This document shows, one piece after another, positions 1 to 15,500 of a DNA stretch of 64,000 bases (the stretch's first letter is position 1; each line of letters opens with the position of its first letter). The DNA is from Eledone cirrhosa (taxonomy: Eukaryota): NCBI GenBank assembly GCA_964016885.1, contig OZ024740.1, forward strand, positions 138,384,001 through 138,448,000, given 5' to 3'. The translations under genes were made by a program, and so were the position numbers. The notes under the pieces are model-generated. The model searched no databases, was not told where the DNA came from, and worked only from the letters and a program-made list of their open reading frames with translations.

Positions 1-2599
1 CAATCTCCAATTCTCTCTTTCTCTTATCACTTTTCTCTCAATCTCCAATTCTCTCTTTCTCTTATCACGTTTCTCTCAATCTCCAATTCTCTCTTTCTCT
101 TATCACTTTTCTCTCAATCTCCAATTCTCTCTGTTTCTTATCACTTTTCTCTCAATCTCCAATTCTCTCTTTCTCTTATCACTTTTCTCTCAATCTCCAA
201 TTCTCTCTTTCTCTTATCACTTTTCTCTCAATCTCCAATTCTCTCTTTCTCTTATCACTTTTCTCTCAATCTCCAATTCTCTCTTTCTCTTATCACTTTT
301 TTCTCAATCTCCAATTCTCTCTTTCTCTTATCACTTTTCTCTCAATCTCCAATTCTCTCTTTCTCTTATCACTTTTCTCTCAATCTCCAATTCTCTCTTT
401 CTCTTATCACTTTTCTATCAATCTCCAATTCTCCCTTTCTCTTATCACTTTTCTCTCACTCTCCAATTCTCTCTTTTTCTTATCACTTTTCTGTCAATCT
501 CTAATTCTCTCTGTTGTTTCTTATCAATTTTCTCTCAATCTCATATTCTCTCTTTCTCTTATTACTTTTCTCTCAATCTCCAATTCTCTCTTTCTCATAT
601 CACTTTTCTCTCAATCTCCAATTTTCTCTTTCTCTTATCACATTTCTCTCAATCTCCACTTCTCTCTTTCTCTTATCACTTTTCTCTCAACCTACCATTC
701 TCTCTTTCTCTTATGACGTTTCTCTCAATCACTAATTCTCTCTGTCTCTTATCACTTTTCTCTCAATCACCAATTCTCTCTGTCTCATATCACTTTTCTC
801 TCAATCTCCAAATCTCTCTTTCTCTTATCACTTTTCTCTCAATCTCCAATTCTCTCTTTCTCTTATCACTTTTCCCTCAATCTCCAATTCTCTTTTTCTC
901 TTATCACTTTTCTCTCAATCTCCAATTCTCTCTTTCTCTTATGACTTTTCTCTCAATCACCAATTCTCTCTGTCTCTTATCACTTTTCTCTCAATCTCCA
1001 ATTCTCTCTTTCTCTTATCACTTTTCTCTCAATCTCCAATTCTCTCTTACTCTTATCACTTTTTTCTCAATCTCCAAATCTCTCTTTCTCTCATCACTTT
1101 TCTCTCAATCTCCAATTCTCTCTTTCTCTTATCACTTTTCTCTCAATCTCCAATTCTCTCTTTCTCTAATCACTTTTCTCTCAATCTCCAATTCTCTCTT
1201 TCTCTTATCACTTTTCTCTCAATCTCCAATTCTCTCTTTCTCTTATCACTTTTCTCTCAATCTCCGATTCTCTCTTTCTCTTATCACTTTTCTCTCAATC
1301 TCCAATTCTCTCTTTCTCTGATCACTTTTCTCTCAATCTCCAATTCTCTCTTTCTCTTACCACTTTTCTCTCAATCTCCAATTCTCTCTTTCTCTTTTCA
1401 CTTTTCTCTCAATCTCCAATTCTCTCTTTCTCTTATCACTTTTCTCTCAATCTCCAAATCTCTCTTTCTCTTATCACTTTTCTCTCAATCTCCAATTCTC
1501 TCTTTCTCTTATCACTTTTCCCTCAATCTCCAATTCTCTCTTTCTCTTATCACTTTTCTCTCAATCTCCAATTCTCTCTTTCTCTAATCACTTTTCTCTC
1601 AACCTCCCATTCTCTCTTTCTCTTATGACGTTTCTCTCAATCACCAATTGTCTCTGTCTCTTATCACTTTTCTATCAATCACCAATTCTCTCTGTCTCAT
1701 ATCACTTTTCTCTCAATCTCCAAATCTCTCTTTCTCTTATCACTTTTCTCTCAATCTCCAATTCTCTCTTTCTCTTATCACTTTTCCCTCAATCTCCAAT
1801 TCTCTCTTTCTTTCATCACTTTTCTCTCAATCTCCAATTCTCTCTTTCACTTATCACTTTTCTCTCAATCTCCAATTCTCTCTTTCTCTAATCACTTTTC
1901 TCTCAATCTCCAATTCTCTCTTTCTCTTATCACTTTTCTCTCAATCTCCAATTCTCTCTTTCTCTTATCACTTTTCTCTCAATCTCCAATTCTCTCTTTC
2001 TCTTATCACTTTTCTCTCAATCTCCAATTCTCTCTTTCGCTGATCACTTTTCTCTCAATCTCCAATTCTCTCTTTCTCTTATCACTTTTCTCTCAATCTC
2101 CAATTCTCTCTTTCTCTTATCACTTTTCTCTCAATCTCCAATTCTCTCTTTCTCTTATCACTTTTCTCTCAATCTCCAATTCTCTCTTTCTCTTATCACT
2201 TTTCTCTCAATCTCCAATTCTCTCTTTCTCTGATCACTTTTCTCTCAATCTCCAATTCTCTCTTTCTCTTATCACTTTTCTCTCAATCTCCAATTCTCTC
2301 TTTCTCTTATCACTTTTGTCTCAATCTCCAATTCTCTCTTTCTCTTATCACTTTTCTCTCAATCTCCAATTCTCTCTGTTTCTTTTCACTTTTCTCTCAA
2401 TCTCCAATTCTCTCTTTCTCTTATCACTTTTATCTCAATCTCCAATTCTCTCTTTCTCTTATCACTTTTCTCTCAATCTCCAATTCTCTCTTTCTCTTAT
2501 CACTTTTCTCTCAATCTCCAATTCTCTCTTTCTCTTATCACTTTTCTCTCAATCTCCAATTCTCTCTTTCTCTGATCACTTTTCTCTCAATCTCCAATT

Positions 2600-5500
2600 T
2601 TCTCTTTCTCTTATCACTTTTCTCTCATTCTCCAATTCTCTCTTTCTCTTATCATTTTTCTCTCAATCTCCAATTTTCTCTTTCTCTTATCACATTTCTC
2701 TCAATCTCCACTTCTCTCTTTCTCTTATCACTTTTCTCTCAACCTCCCATTCTCTCTTTCTCTTATGACGTTTCTCTCAATCACTAATTCTCTCTGTCTC
2801 TTATCACTTTTCTCTCAATCACCAATTCTCTCTGTCTCATATCACTTTTCTCTCAATCTCCAAATCTCTCTTTCTCTTATCACTTTTCTCTCAATCTCCA
2901 ATTCTCTCTTTCTCTTATCACTTTTCCGTCAATCTCCAATTCTCTTTTTCTCTTATCACTTTTCTCTCAATCTCCAATTCTCTCTTTCTCTTATCACTTT
3001 TCTCTCAATCTACAATTCTCTGTTTCTCTTATCACTTTTCTCTCAATCTCCAATTCTCTCTTTCTCTTATCACTTTTCTCTCAATCTCCAATTCTCTCTT
3101 TCTCTTATCACTTTTCTCTCAATCTCCAATTCTCTCTTTCTCTTATCACTTTTCTCTCAATCTCCAATTCTCTCTTTCTCTTATCACTTTTCTCTCAATC
3201 TCCAATTCTCTCTTTCTCTTATCACTTTTTTCTCAATCTCCAATTCTCTCTTTCTCTTATCACTTTTCTCTCAATCTCCAATTCTCTCTTTCTCTTATCA
3301 CTTTTCTCTCAATCTCATATTCTCTCTTTCTCTTATTACTTTTCTCTCAATCTCCAATTCTCTCTTTCTCATATCACTTTTCTCTCAATCTCCAATTTTC
3401 TCTTTCTCTTATCACATTTCTCTCAATATCCACTTCTCTCTTTCTCTTATCACTTTTCTCTCAACCTCCCATTCTCTCTTTCTCTGATGACTTTTCTCTC
3501 AATCACCAATTCTCTCTGTCTGTTATCACTTTTCTCTCAATCACCAATTCTCTCTGTCTCATATCACTTTTCTCTCAATCTCCAAATCTCTCTTTCTCTT
3601 ATCACTTTTCTCTCAATCTCCAATTCTCTCTTTCTCTTATCACTTTTCCTCAATCTCCAATTCTCTCTTTCTCTTATCACTTTTCTCTCAATCTCCAATT
3701 CTCTCTTTCTCTTATCACTTTTCCCTCAATCTCCAATTCTCTCTTTCTCTTATCACTTTTCTCTCAATCTCCAATTCTCTCTTTCTCTTATGACTTTTCT
3801 CTCAATCACCAATTCTCTCTGTCTCTTATCACTTTTCTCTCAATCTCCAATTCTCTCTTTCTCTTATCACTTTTCTCTCAATCTCCTATTCTCTCTTACT
3901 CTTATCACTTTTCTCTCAATCTCCTATTCTCTCTTACTCTTATCACTTTTCTCTCAATCTCCAAATCTCTCTTTCTCTCATCACTTTTCTCTCAATCTCC
4001 AATTCTTTCTTTCTCTAATCACTTTTCTCTCAATCTCCAATTCTCTCTTTCTCTTATCACTTTTCTCTCAATCTCTAATTCTCTCTTTCTCTTATCACTT
4101 TTCTCTCAATCTCCGATTCTCTCTTTCTCTTATCACTTTTCTCTCAATCTCCAATTCTCTCTTTCTCTGATCACTTTTCTCTCAATCTCCAATTCTCTCT
4201 TTCTCTTATCACTTTTCTCTCAATCTCCAATTCTCTCTTTCTCTTATCACTTTTCTCTCAATCTCCAATTCTCTCTTTCTCTTATCACTTTTCTCTCAAT
4301 CTCCAATTCTCTCTTTCTCTTATCACTTTTCTCTCAATCTCCAATTCTCTCTTTCTCTTATCACTTTTCTCTCAATCTCCAAATCTCTCTTTCTCTTATC
4401 ACTTTTCTCTCAATCTCCAATTCTCTCTTTCTCTTATCACTTTTCCCTCAATCTCCAATTCTCTCTTTCTCTTATCACTTTTCTCTCAATCTCCAATTCT
4501 CTCTTTCTCTAATCACTTTTCTCTCAACCTCCCATTCTCTCTTTCTCTTATGACGTTTCTCTCAATCACCAATTCTCTCTGTCTCTTATCACTTTTCTCT
4601 CAATCACCAATTCTCTCTGTCTCATATCACTTTTCTCTCAATCTCCAAATCTCTCTTTCTCTTATCACTTTTCTCTCAATCTCCAATTCTCTCTTTCTCT
4701 TATCACTTTTCCCTCAATCTCCAATTCTCTCTTTCTTTCATCACTTTTCTCTCAATCTCCAATTCTCTCTTTCTCTTATCACTTTTCTCTCAATCTCCAA
4801 TTCTCTCTTTCTCTAATCACTTTTCTCTCAATCTCCAATTCTCTCTTTCTCTTATCACTTTTCTCTCAATCTCCAATTCTCTCTTTCTCTTATCACTTTT
4901 CTCTCAATCTCCAATTCTCTCTTTCTCTTATCACTTTTCTCTCAATCTCCAATTCTCTCTTTCGCTGATCACTTTTCTCTCAATCTCCAATTCTCTCTTT
5001 CTCTTATCACTTTTCTCTCAATCTCCAATTCTCTCTTTCTCTTATCACTTTTCTCTCAATCTCCAATTCTCTCTTTCTCTTATCACTTTTCTCTCAATCT
5101 CCAATTCTCTCTTTCTCTTATCACTTTTCTCTCAATCTCCAATTCTCTCTTTCTCTTATCACTTTTCTCTCAATCTCCAATTCTCTCTTTCTCTTATCAC
5201 GTTTCTCTCAATCTCCAATTCTCTCTTTCTCTTATCACTTTTCTCTCAATCTCCAATTCTCTCTGTTTCTTATCACTTTTCTCTCAATCTCCAATTCTCT
5301 CTTTCTCTTATCACTTTTCTCTCAATCTCCAATTCTCTCTTTCTCTTATCACTTTTCTCTCAATCTCCAATTCTCTCTTTCTCTTATCACTTTTCTCTCA
5401 ATCTCCAATTCTCTCTTTCTCTTATCACTTTTTTCTCAATCTCCAATTCTCTCTTTCTCTTATCACTTTTCTCTCAATCTCCAATTCTCTCTTTCTCTTA

Positions 5501-8500
5501 TCACTTTTCTCTCAATCTCCAATTCTCTCTTTCTCTTATCACTTTTCTCTCAATCTCCAATTCTCCCTTTCTCTTATCACTTTTCTCTCACTCTCCAATT
5601 CTCTCTTTTTCTTATCACTTTTCTGTCAATCTCTAATTCTCTCTGTTGTTTCTTATCAATTTTCTCTCAATCTCATATTCTCTCTTTCTCTTATTACTTT
5701 TCTCTCAATCTCCAATTCTCTCTTTCTCATATCACTTTTCTCTCAATCTCCAATTTTCTCTTTCTCTTATCACATTTCTCTCAATCTCCACTTCTCTCTT
5801 TCTCTTATCACTTTTCTCTCAACCTCCCATTCTCTCTTTCTCTTATGACGTTTCTCTCAATCACTAATTCTCTCTGTCTCTTATCACTTTTCTCTCAATC
5901 ACCAATTCTCTCTGTCTCATATCACTTTTCTCTCAATCTCCAAATCTCTCTTTCTCTTATCACTTTTCTCTCAATCTCCAATTCTCTCTTTCTCTTATCA
6001 CTTTTCCCTCAATCTCCAATTCTCTCTTTCTTTCATCACTTTTCTCTCAATCTCCAATTCTCTCTTTCTCTTATCACTTTTCTCTCATTCTCCAATTCTC
6101 TCTTTCTCTTATCATTTTTCTCTCAATCTCCAATTTTCTCTTTCTCTTATCACATTTCTCTCAATCTCCACTTCTCTCTTTCTCTTATCACTTTTCTCTC
6201 AACCTCCCATTCTCTCTTTCTCTTATGACGTTTCTCTCAATCACTAATTCTCTCTGTCTCTTATCACTTTTCTCTCAATCACCAATTCTCTCTGTCTCAT
6301 ATCACTTTTCTCTCAATCTCCAAATCTCTCTTTCTCTTATCACTTTTCTCTCAATCTCCAATTCTCTCTTTCTCTTATCACTTTTCCGTCAATCTCCAAT
6401 TCTCTTTTTCTCTTATCACTTTTCTCTCAATCTCCAATTCTCTCTTTCTCTTATCACTTTTCTCTCAATCTACAATTCTCTGTTTCTCTTATCACTTTTC
6501 TCTCAATCTCCAATTCTCTCTTTCTCTTATCACTTTTCTCTCAATCTCCAATTCTCTCTTTCTCTTATCACTTTTCTCTCAATCTCCAATTCTCTCTTTC
6601 TCTTATCACTTTTCTCTCAATCTCCAATTCTCTCTTTCTCTTATCACTTTTCTCTCAATCTCCAATTCTCTCTTTCTCTTATCACTTTTTTCTCAATCTC
6701 CAATTCTCTCTTTCTCTTATCACTTTTCTCTCAATCTCCAATTCTCTCTTTCTCTTATCACTTTTCTCTCAATCTCATATTCTCTCTTTCTCTTATTACT
6801 TTTCTCTCAATCTCCAATTCTCTCTTTCTCATATCACTTTTCTCTCAATCTCCAATTTTCTCTTTCTCTTATCACATTTCTCTCAATATCCACTTCTCTC
6901 TTTCTCTTATCACTTTTCTCTCAACCTCCCATTCTCTCTTTCTCTGATGACTTTTCTCTCAATCACCAATTCTCTCTGTCTGTTATCACTTTTCTCTCAA
7001 TCACCAATTCTCTCTGTCTCATATCACTTTTCTCTCAATCTCCAAATCTCTCTTTCTCTTATCACTTTTCTCTCAATCTCCAATTCTCTCTTTCTCTTAT
7101 CACTTTTCCTCAATCTCCAATTCTCTCTTTCTCTTATCACTTTTCTCTCAATCTCCAATTCTCTCTTTCTCTTATCACTTTTCCCTCAATCTCCAATTCT
7201 CTCTTTCTCTTATCACTTTTCTCTCAATCTCCAATTCTCTCTTTCTCTTATGACTTTTCTCTCAATCACCAATTCTCTCTGTCTCTTATCACTTTTCTCT
7301 CAATCTCCAATTCTCTCTTTCTCTTATCACTTTTCTCTCAATCTCCTATTCTCTCTTACTCTTATCACTTTTCTCTCAATCTCCTATTCTCTCTTACTCT
7401 TATCACTTTTCTCTCAATCTCCAAATCTCTCTTTCTCTCATCACTTTTCTCTCAATCTCCAATTCTTTCTTTCTCTAATCACTTTTCTCTCAATCTCCAA
7501 TTCTCTCTTTCTCTTATCACTTTTCTCTCAATCTCTAATTCTCTCTTTCTCTTATCACTTTTCTCTCAATCTCCGATTCTCTCTTTCTCTTATCACTTTT
7601 CTCTCAATCTCCAATTCTCTCTTTCTCTGATCACTTTTCTCTCAATCTCCAATTCTCTCTTTCTCTTATCACTTTTCTCTCAATCTCCAATTCTCTCTTT
7701 CTCTTATCACTTTTCTCTCAATCTCCAATTCTCTCTTTCTCTTATCACTTTTCTCTCAATCTCCAATTCTCTCTTTCTCTTATCACTTTTCTCTCAATCT
7801 CCAATTCTCTCTTTCTCTTATCACTTTTCTCTCAATCTCCAAATCTCTCTTTCTCTTATCACTTTTCTCTCAATCTCCAATTCTCTCTTTCTCTTATCAC
7901 TTTTCCCTCAATCTCCAATTCTCTCTTTCTCTTATCACTTTTCTCTCAATCTCCAATTCTCTCTTTCTCTAATCACTTTTCTCTCAACCTCCCATTCTCT
8001 CTTTCTCTTATGACGTTTCTCTCAATCACCAATTCTCTCTGTCTCTTATCACTTTTCTCTCAATCACCAATTCTCTCTGTCTCATATCACTTTTCTCTCA
8101 ATCTCCAAATCTCTCTTTCTCTTATCACTTTTCTCTCAATCTCCAATTCTCTCTTTCTCTTATCACTTTTCCCTCAATCTCCAATTCTCTCTTTCTTTCA
8201 TCACTTTTCTCTCAATCTCCAATTCTCTCTTTCTCTTATCACTTTTCTCTCAATCTCCAATTCTCTCTTTCTCTAATCACTTTTCTCTCAATCTCCAATT
8301 CTCTCTTTCTCTTATCACTTTTCTCTCAATCTCCAATTCTCTCTTTCTCTTATCACTTTTCTCTCAATCTCCAATTCTCTCTTTCTCTTATCACTTTTCT
8401 CTCAATCTCCAATTCTCTCTTTCGCTGATCACTTTTCTCTCAATCTCCAATTCTCTCTTTCTCTTATCACTTTTCTCTCAATCTCCAATTCTCTCTTTCT

Positions 8501-9520
8501 CTTATCACTTTTCTCTCAATCTCCAATTCTCTCTTTCTCTTATCACTTTTCTCTCAATCTCCAATTCTCTCTTTCTCTTATCACTTTTCTCTCAATCTCC
8601 AATTCTCTCTTTCTCTTATCACTTTTCTCTCAATCTCCAATTCTCTCTTTCTCTTATCACGTTTCTCTCAATCTCCAATTCTCTCTTTCTCTTATCACTT
8701 TTCTCTCAATCTCCAATTCTCTCTGTTTCTTATCACTTTTCTCTCAATCTCCAATTCTCTCTTTCTCTTATCACTTTTCTCTCAATCTCCAATTCTCTCT
8801 TTCTCTTATCACTTTTCTCTCAATCTCCAATTCTCTCTTTCTCTTATCACTTTTCTCTCAATCTCCAATTCTCTCTTTCTCTTATCACTTTTTTCTCAAT
8901 CTCCAATTCTCTCTTTCTCTTATCACTTTTCTCTCAATCTCCAATTCTCTCTTTCTCTTATCACTTTTCTCTCAATCTCCAATTCTCTCTTTCTCTTATC
9001 ACTTTTCTCTCAATCTCCAATTCTCCCTTTCTCTTATCACTTTTCTCTCACTCTCCAATTCTCTCTTTTTCTTATCACTTTTCTGTCAATCTCTAATTCT
9101 CTCTGTTGTTTCTTATCAATTTTCTCTCAATCTCATATTCTCTCTTTCTCTTATTACTTTTCTCTCAATCTCCAATTCTCTCTTTCTCATATCACTTTTC
9201 TCTCAATCTCCAATTTTCTCTTTCTCTTATCACATTTCTCTCAATCTCCACTTCTCTCTTTCTCTTATCACTTTTCTCTCAACCTCCCATTCTCTCTTTC
9301 TCTTATGACGTTTCTCTCAATCACTAATTCTCTCTGTCTCTTATCACTTTTCTCTCAATCACCAATTCTCTCTGTCTCATATCACTTTTCTCTCAATCTC
9401 CAAATCTCTCTTTCTCTTATCACTTTTCTCTCAATCTCCAATTCTCTCTTTCTCTTATCACTTTTCCCTCAATCTCCAATTCTCTTTTTCTCTTATCACT
9501 TTTCTCTCAATCTCCAATTC
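2600..9520 (+). repeat. Tandem duplication of a 3,460-bp (91-monomer) satellite block; ends approximate
   Basis: Identical ORF-track signatures at 2765/6225, 3487/6947, 4550/8010 and 5646/9106. 3460 = 91x38 +3 -1, matching the GTT insertion and 1-bp deletion seen in the block. Confidence 0.9.
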
Positions 9521-12500
9521 TCTCTTTCTCTTATGACTTTTCTCTCAATCACCAATTCTCTCTGTCTCTTATCACTTTTCTCTCAATCTCCAATTCTCTC
9601 TTTCTCTTATCACTTTTCTCTCAATCTCCAATTCTCTCTTACTCTTATCACTTTTTTCTCAATCTCCAAATCTCTCTTTCTCTCATCACTTTTCTCTCAA
9701 TCTCCAATTCTCTCTTTCTCTTATCACTTTTCTCTCAATCTCCAATTCTCTCTTTCTCTAATCACTTTTCTCTCAATCTCCAATTCTCTCTTTCTCTTAT
9801 CACTTTTCTCTCAATCTCCAATTCTCTCTTTCTCTTATCACTTTTCTCTCAATCTCCGATTCTCTCTTTCTCTTATCACTTTTCTCTCAATCTCCAATTC
9901 TCTCTTTCTCTGATCACTTTTCTCTCAATCTCCAATTCTCTCTTTCTCTTACCACTTTTCTCTCAATCTCCAATTCTCTCTTTCTCTTTTCACTTTTCTC
10001 TCAATCTCCAATTCTCTCTTTCTCTTATCACTTTTCTCTCAATCTCCAAATCTCTCTTTCTCTTATCACTTTTCTCTCAATCTCCAATTCTCTCTTTCTC
10101 TTATCACTTTTCCCTCAATCTCCAATTCTCTCTTTCTCTTATCACTTTTCTCTCAATCTCCAATTCTCTCTTTCTCTAATCACTTTTCTCTCAACCTCCC
10201 ATTCTCTCTTTCTCTTATGACGTTTCTCTCAATCACCAATTGTCTCTGTCTCTTATCACTTTTCTATCAATCACCAATTCTCTCTGTCTCATATCACTTT
10301 TCTCTCAATCTCCAAATCTCTCTTTCTCTTATCACTTTTCTCTCAATCTCCAATTCTCTCTTTCTCTTATCACTTTTCCCTCAATCTCCAATTCTCTCTT
10401 TCTTTCATCACTTTTCTCTCAATCTCCAATTCTCTCTTTCACTTATCACTTTTCTCTCAATCTCCAATTCTCTCTTTCTCTAATCACTTTTCTCTCAATC
10501 TCCAATTCTCTCTTTCTCTTATCACTTTTCTCTCAATCTCCAATTCTCTCTTTCTCTTATCACTTTTCTCTCAATCTCCAATTCTCTCTTTCTCTTATCA
10601 CTTTTCTCTCAATCTCCAATTCTCTCTTTCGCTGATCACTTTTCTCTCAATCTCCAATTCTCTCTTTCTCTTATCACTTTTCTCTCAATCTCCAATTCTC
10701 TCTTTCTCTTATCACTTTTCTCTCAATCTCCAATTCTCTCTTTCTCTTATCACTTTTCTCTCAATCTCCAATTCTCTCTTTCTCTTATCACTTTTCTCTC
10801 AATCTCCAATTCTCTCTTTCTCTGATCACTTTTCTCTCAATCTCCAATTCTCTCTTTCTCTTATCACTTTTCTCTCAATCTCCAATTCTCTCTTTCTCTT
10901 ATCACTTTTGTCTCAATCTCCAATTCTCTCTTTCTCTTATCACTTTTCTCTCAATCTCCAATTCTCTCTGTTTCTTTTCACTTTTCTCTCAATCTCCAAT
11001 TCTCTCTTTCTCTTATCACTTTTATCTCAATCTCCAATTCTCTCTTTCTCTTATCACTTTTCTCTCAATCTCCAATTCTCTCTTTCTCTTATCACTTTTC
11101 TCTCAATCTCCAATTCTCTCTTTCTCTTATCACTTTTCTCTCAATCTCCAATTCTCTCTTTCTCTGATCACTTTTCTCTCAATCTCCAATTCTCTCTTTC
11201 TCTTATCACTTTTCTCTCATTCTCCAATTCTCTCTTTCTCTTATCATTTTTCTCTCAATCTCCAATTTTCTCTTTCTCTTATCACATTTCTCTCAATCTC
11301 CACTTCTCTCTTTCTCTTATCACTTTTCTCTCAACCTCCCATTCTCTTATTCTCTTATGACGTTTCTCTCAATCACTAATTCTCTCTGTCTCTTATCACT
11401 TTTCTCTCAATCACCAATTCTCTCTGTCTCATATCACTTTTCTCTCAATCTCCAAATCTCTCTTTCTCTTATCACTTTTCTCTCAATCTCCAATTCTCTC
11501 TTTCTCTTATCACTTTTCCCTCAATCTCCAATTCTCTTTTTCTCTTATCACTTTTCTCTCAATCTCCAATTCTCTCTTTCTCTTATGACTTTTCTCTCAA
11601 TCACCAATTCTCTCTGTCTCTTATCACTTTTCTCTCAATCTCCAATTCTCTCTTTCTCTTATCACTTTTCTCTCAATCTCCAATTCTCTCTTACTCTTAT
11701 CACTTTTTTCTCAATCTCCAAATCTCTCTTTCTCTCATCACTTTTCTCTCAATCTCCAATTCTCTCTTTCTCTTATCACTTTTCTCTCAATCTCCAATTC
11801 TCTCTTTCTCTAATCACTTTTCTCTCAATCTCCAATTCTCTCTTTCTCTTATCACTTTTCTCTCAATCTCCAATTCTCTCTTTCTCTTATCACTTTTCTC
11901 TCAATCTCCGATTCTCTCTTTCTCTTATCACTTTTCTCTCAATCTCCAATTCTCTCTTTCTCTGATCACTTTTCTCTCAATCTCCAATTCTCTCTTTCTC
12001 TTACCACTTTTCTCTCAATCTCCAATTCTCTCTTTCTCTTATCACTTTTCTCTCAATCTCCAATTCTCTCTTTCTCTTATCACTTTTCTCTCAATCTCCA
12101 AATCTCTCTTTCTCTTATCACTTTTCTCTCAATCTCCAATTCTCTCTTTCTCTTATCACTTTTCCCTCAATCTCCAATTCTCTCTTTCTCTTATCACTTT
12201 TCTCTCAATCTCCAATTCTCTCTTTCTCTAATCACTTTTCTCTCAACCTCCCATTCTCTCTTTCTCTTATGACGTTTCTCTCAATCACCAATTGTCTCTG
12301 TCTCTTATCACTTTTCTATCAATCACCAATTCTCTCTGTCTCATATCACTTTTCTCTCAATCTCCAAATCTCTCTTTCTCTTATCACTTTTCTCTCAATC
12401 TCCAATTCTCTCTTTCTCTTATCACTTTTCCCTCAATCTCCAATTCTCTCTTTCTTTCATCACTTTTCTCTCAATCTCCAATTCTCTCTTTCACTTATCA

Positions 12501-15500
12501 CTTTTCTCTCAATCTCCAATTCTCTCTTTCTCTAATCACTTTTCTCTCAATCTCCAATTCTCTCTTTCTCTTATCACTTTTCTCTCAATCTCCAATTCTC
12601 TCTTTCTCTTATCACTTTTCTCTCAATCTCCAATTCTCTCTTTCTCTTATCACTTTTCTCTCAATCTCCAATTCTCTCTTTCGCTGATCACTTTTCTCTC
12701 AATCTCCAATTCTCTCTTTCTCTTATCACTTTTCCCTCAATCTCCAATTCTCTCTTTCTTTCATCACTTTTCTCTCAATCTCCAATTCTCTCTTTCTCTT
12801 ATCACTTTTCTCTCAATCTCCAATTCTCTCTTTCTCTAATCACTTTTCTCTCAATCTCCAATTCTCTCTTTCTCTTATCACTTTTCTCTCAATCTCCAAT
12901 TCTCTCTTTCTCTTATCACTTTTCTCTCAATCTCCAATTCTCTCTTTCTCTTATCACTTTTCTCTCAATCTCCAATTCTCTCTTTCGCTGATCACTTTTC
13001 TCTCAATCTCCAATTCTCTCTTTCTCTTATCACTTTTCTCTCAATCTCCAATTCTCTCTTTCTCTTATCACTTTTCTCTCAATCTCCAATTCTCTCTTTC
13101 TCTTATCACTTTTCTCTCAATCTCCAATTCTCTCTTTCTCTTATCACTTTTCTCTCAATCTCCAATTCTCTCTTTCTCTTATCACTTTTCTCTCAATCTC
13201 CAATTCTCTCTTTCTCTTATCACTTTTCTCTCAATCTCCAATTCTCTCTTTCTCTTATCACTTTTCTCTCAATCTCCAATTCTCTCTGTTTCTTATCACT
13301 TTTCTCTCAATCTCCAATTCTCTCTTTCTCTTATCACTTTTCTCTCAATCTCCAATTCTCTCTTTCTCTTATCACTTTTCTCTCAATCTCCAATTCTCTC
13401 TTTCTCTTATCACTTTTCTCTCAATCTCCAATTCTCTCTTTCTCTTATCACTTTTTTCTCAATCTCCAATTCTCTCTTTCTCTTATCACTTTTCTCTCAA
13501 TCTCCAATTCTCTCTTTCTCTTATCACTTTTCTCTCAATCTCCAATTCTCTCTTTCTCTTATCACTTTTCTCTCAATCTCCAATTCTCCCTTTCTCTTAT
13601 CACTTTTCTCTCACTCTCCAATTCTCTCTTTTTCTTATCACTTTTCTGTCAATCTCTAATTCTCTCTGTTGTTTCTTATCAATTTTCTCTCAATCTCATA
13701 TTCTCTCTTTCTCTTATTACTTTTCTCTCAATCTCCAATTCTCTCTTTCTCATATCACTTTTCTCTCAATCTCCAATTTTCTCTTTCTCTTATCACATTT
13801 CTCTCAATCTCCACTTCTCTCTTTCTCTTATCACTTTTCTCTCAACCTCCCATTCTCTCTTTCTCTTATGACGTTTCTCTCAATCACTAATTCTCTCTGT
13901 CTCTTATCACTTTTCTCTCAATCACCAATTCTCTCTGTCTCATATCACTTTTCTCTCAATCTCCAAATCTCTCTTTCTCTTATCACTTTTCTCTCAATCT
14001 CCAATTCTCTCTTTCTCTTATCACTTTTCCCTCAATCTCCAATTCTCTTTTTCTCTTATCACTTTTCTCTCAATCTCCAATTCTCTCTTTCTCTTATGAC
14101 TTTTCTCTCAATCACCAATTCTCTCTGTCTCTTATCACTTTTCTCTCAATCTCCAATTCTCTCTTTCTCTTATCACTTTTCTCTCAATCTCCAATTCTCT
14201 CTTACTCTTATCACTTTTTTCTCAATCTCCAAATCTCTCTTTCTCTCATCACTTTTCTCTCAATCTCCAATTCTCTCTTTCTCTTATCACTTTTCTCTCA
14301 ATCTCCAATTCTCTCTTTCTCTAATCACTTTTCTCTCAATCTCCAATTCTCTCTTTCTCTTATCACTTTTCTCTCAATCTCCAATTCTCTCTTTCTCTTA
14401 TCACTTTTCTCTCAATCTCCGATTCTCTCTTTCTCTTATCACTTTTCTCTCAATCTCCAATTCTCTCTTTCTCTGATCACTTTTCTCTCAATCTCCAATT
14501 CTCTCTTTCTCTTACCACTTTTCTCTCAATCTCCAATTCTCTCTTTCTCTTATCACTTTTCTCTCAATCTCCAATTCTCTCTTTCTCTAATCACTTTTCT
14601 CTCAATCTCCAATTCTCTCTTTCTCTTATCACTTTTCTCTCAATCTCCAATTCTCTCTTTCTCTTATCACTTTTCTCTCAATCTCCGATTCTCTCTTTCT
14701 CTTATCACTTTTCTCTCAATCTCCAATTCTCTCTTTCTCTTATCACTTTTCTCTCAATCTCCAAATCTCTCTTTCTCTTATCACTTTTCTCTCAATCTCC
14801 AATTCTCTCTTTCTCTTATCACTTTTCCCTCAATCTCCAATTCTCTCTTTCTCTTATCACTTTTCTCTCAATCTCCAATTCTCTCTTTCTCTAATCACTT
14901 TTCTCTCAACCTCCCATTCTCTCTTTCTCTTATGACGTTTCTCTCAATCACCAATTGTCTCTGTCTGTTATCACTTTTCTATCAATCACCAATTCTCTCT
15001 GTCTCATATCACTTTTCTCTCAATCTCCAAATCTCTCTTTCTCTTATCACTTTTCTCTCAATCTCCAATTCTCTCTTTCTCTTATCACTTTTCTCTCAAT
15101 CTCCAATTCTCTCTTTCTCTTATCACTTTTCTCTCAATCTCCAATTCTCTCTTTCTCTTATCACTTTTCTCTCAATCTCCAATTCTCTCTTTCGCTGATC
15201 ACTTTTCTCTCAATCTCCAATTCTCTCTTTCTCTTATCACTTTTCTCTCAATCTCCAATTCTCTCTTTCTCTTATCACTTTTCTCTCAATCTCCAATTCT
15301 CTCTTTCTCTTATCACTTTTCTCTCAATCTCCAATTCTCTCTTTCTCTTATCACTTTTCTCTCAATCTCCAATTCTCTCTTTCTCTGATCACTTTTCTCT
15401 CAATCTCCAATTCTCTCTTTCTCTTATCACTTTTCTCTCAATCTCCAATTCTCTCTTTCTCTTATCACTTTTGTCTCAATCTCCAATTCTCTCTTTCTCT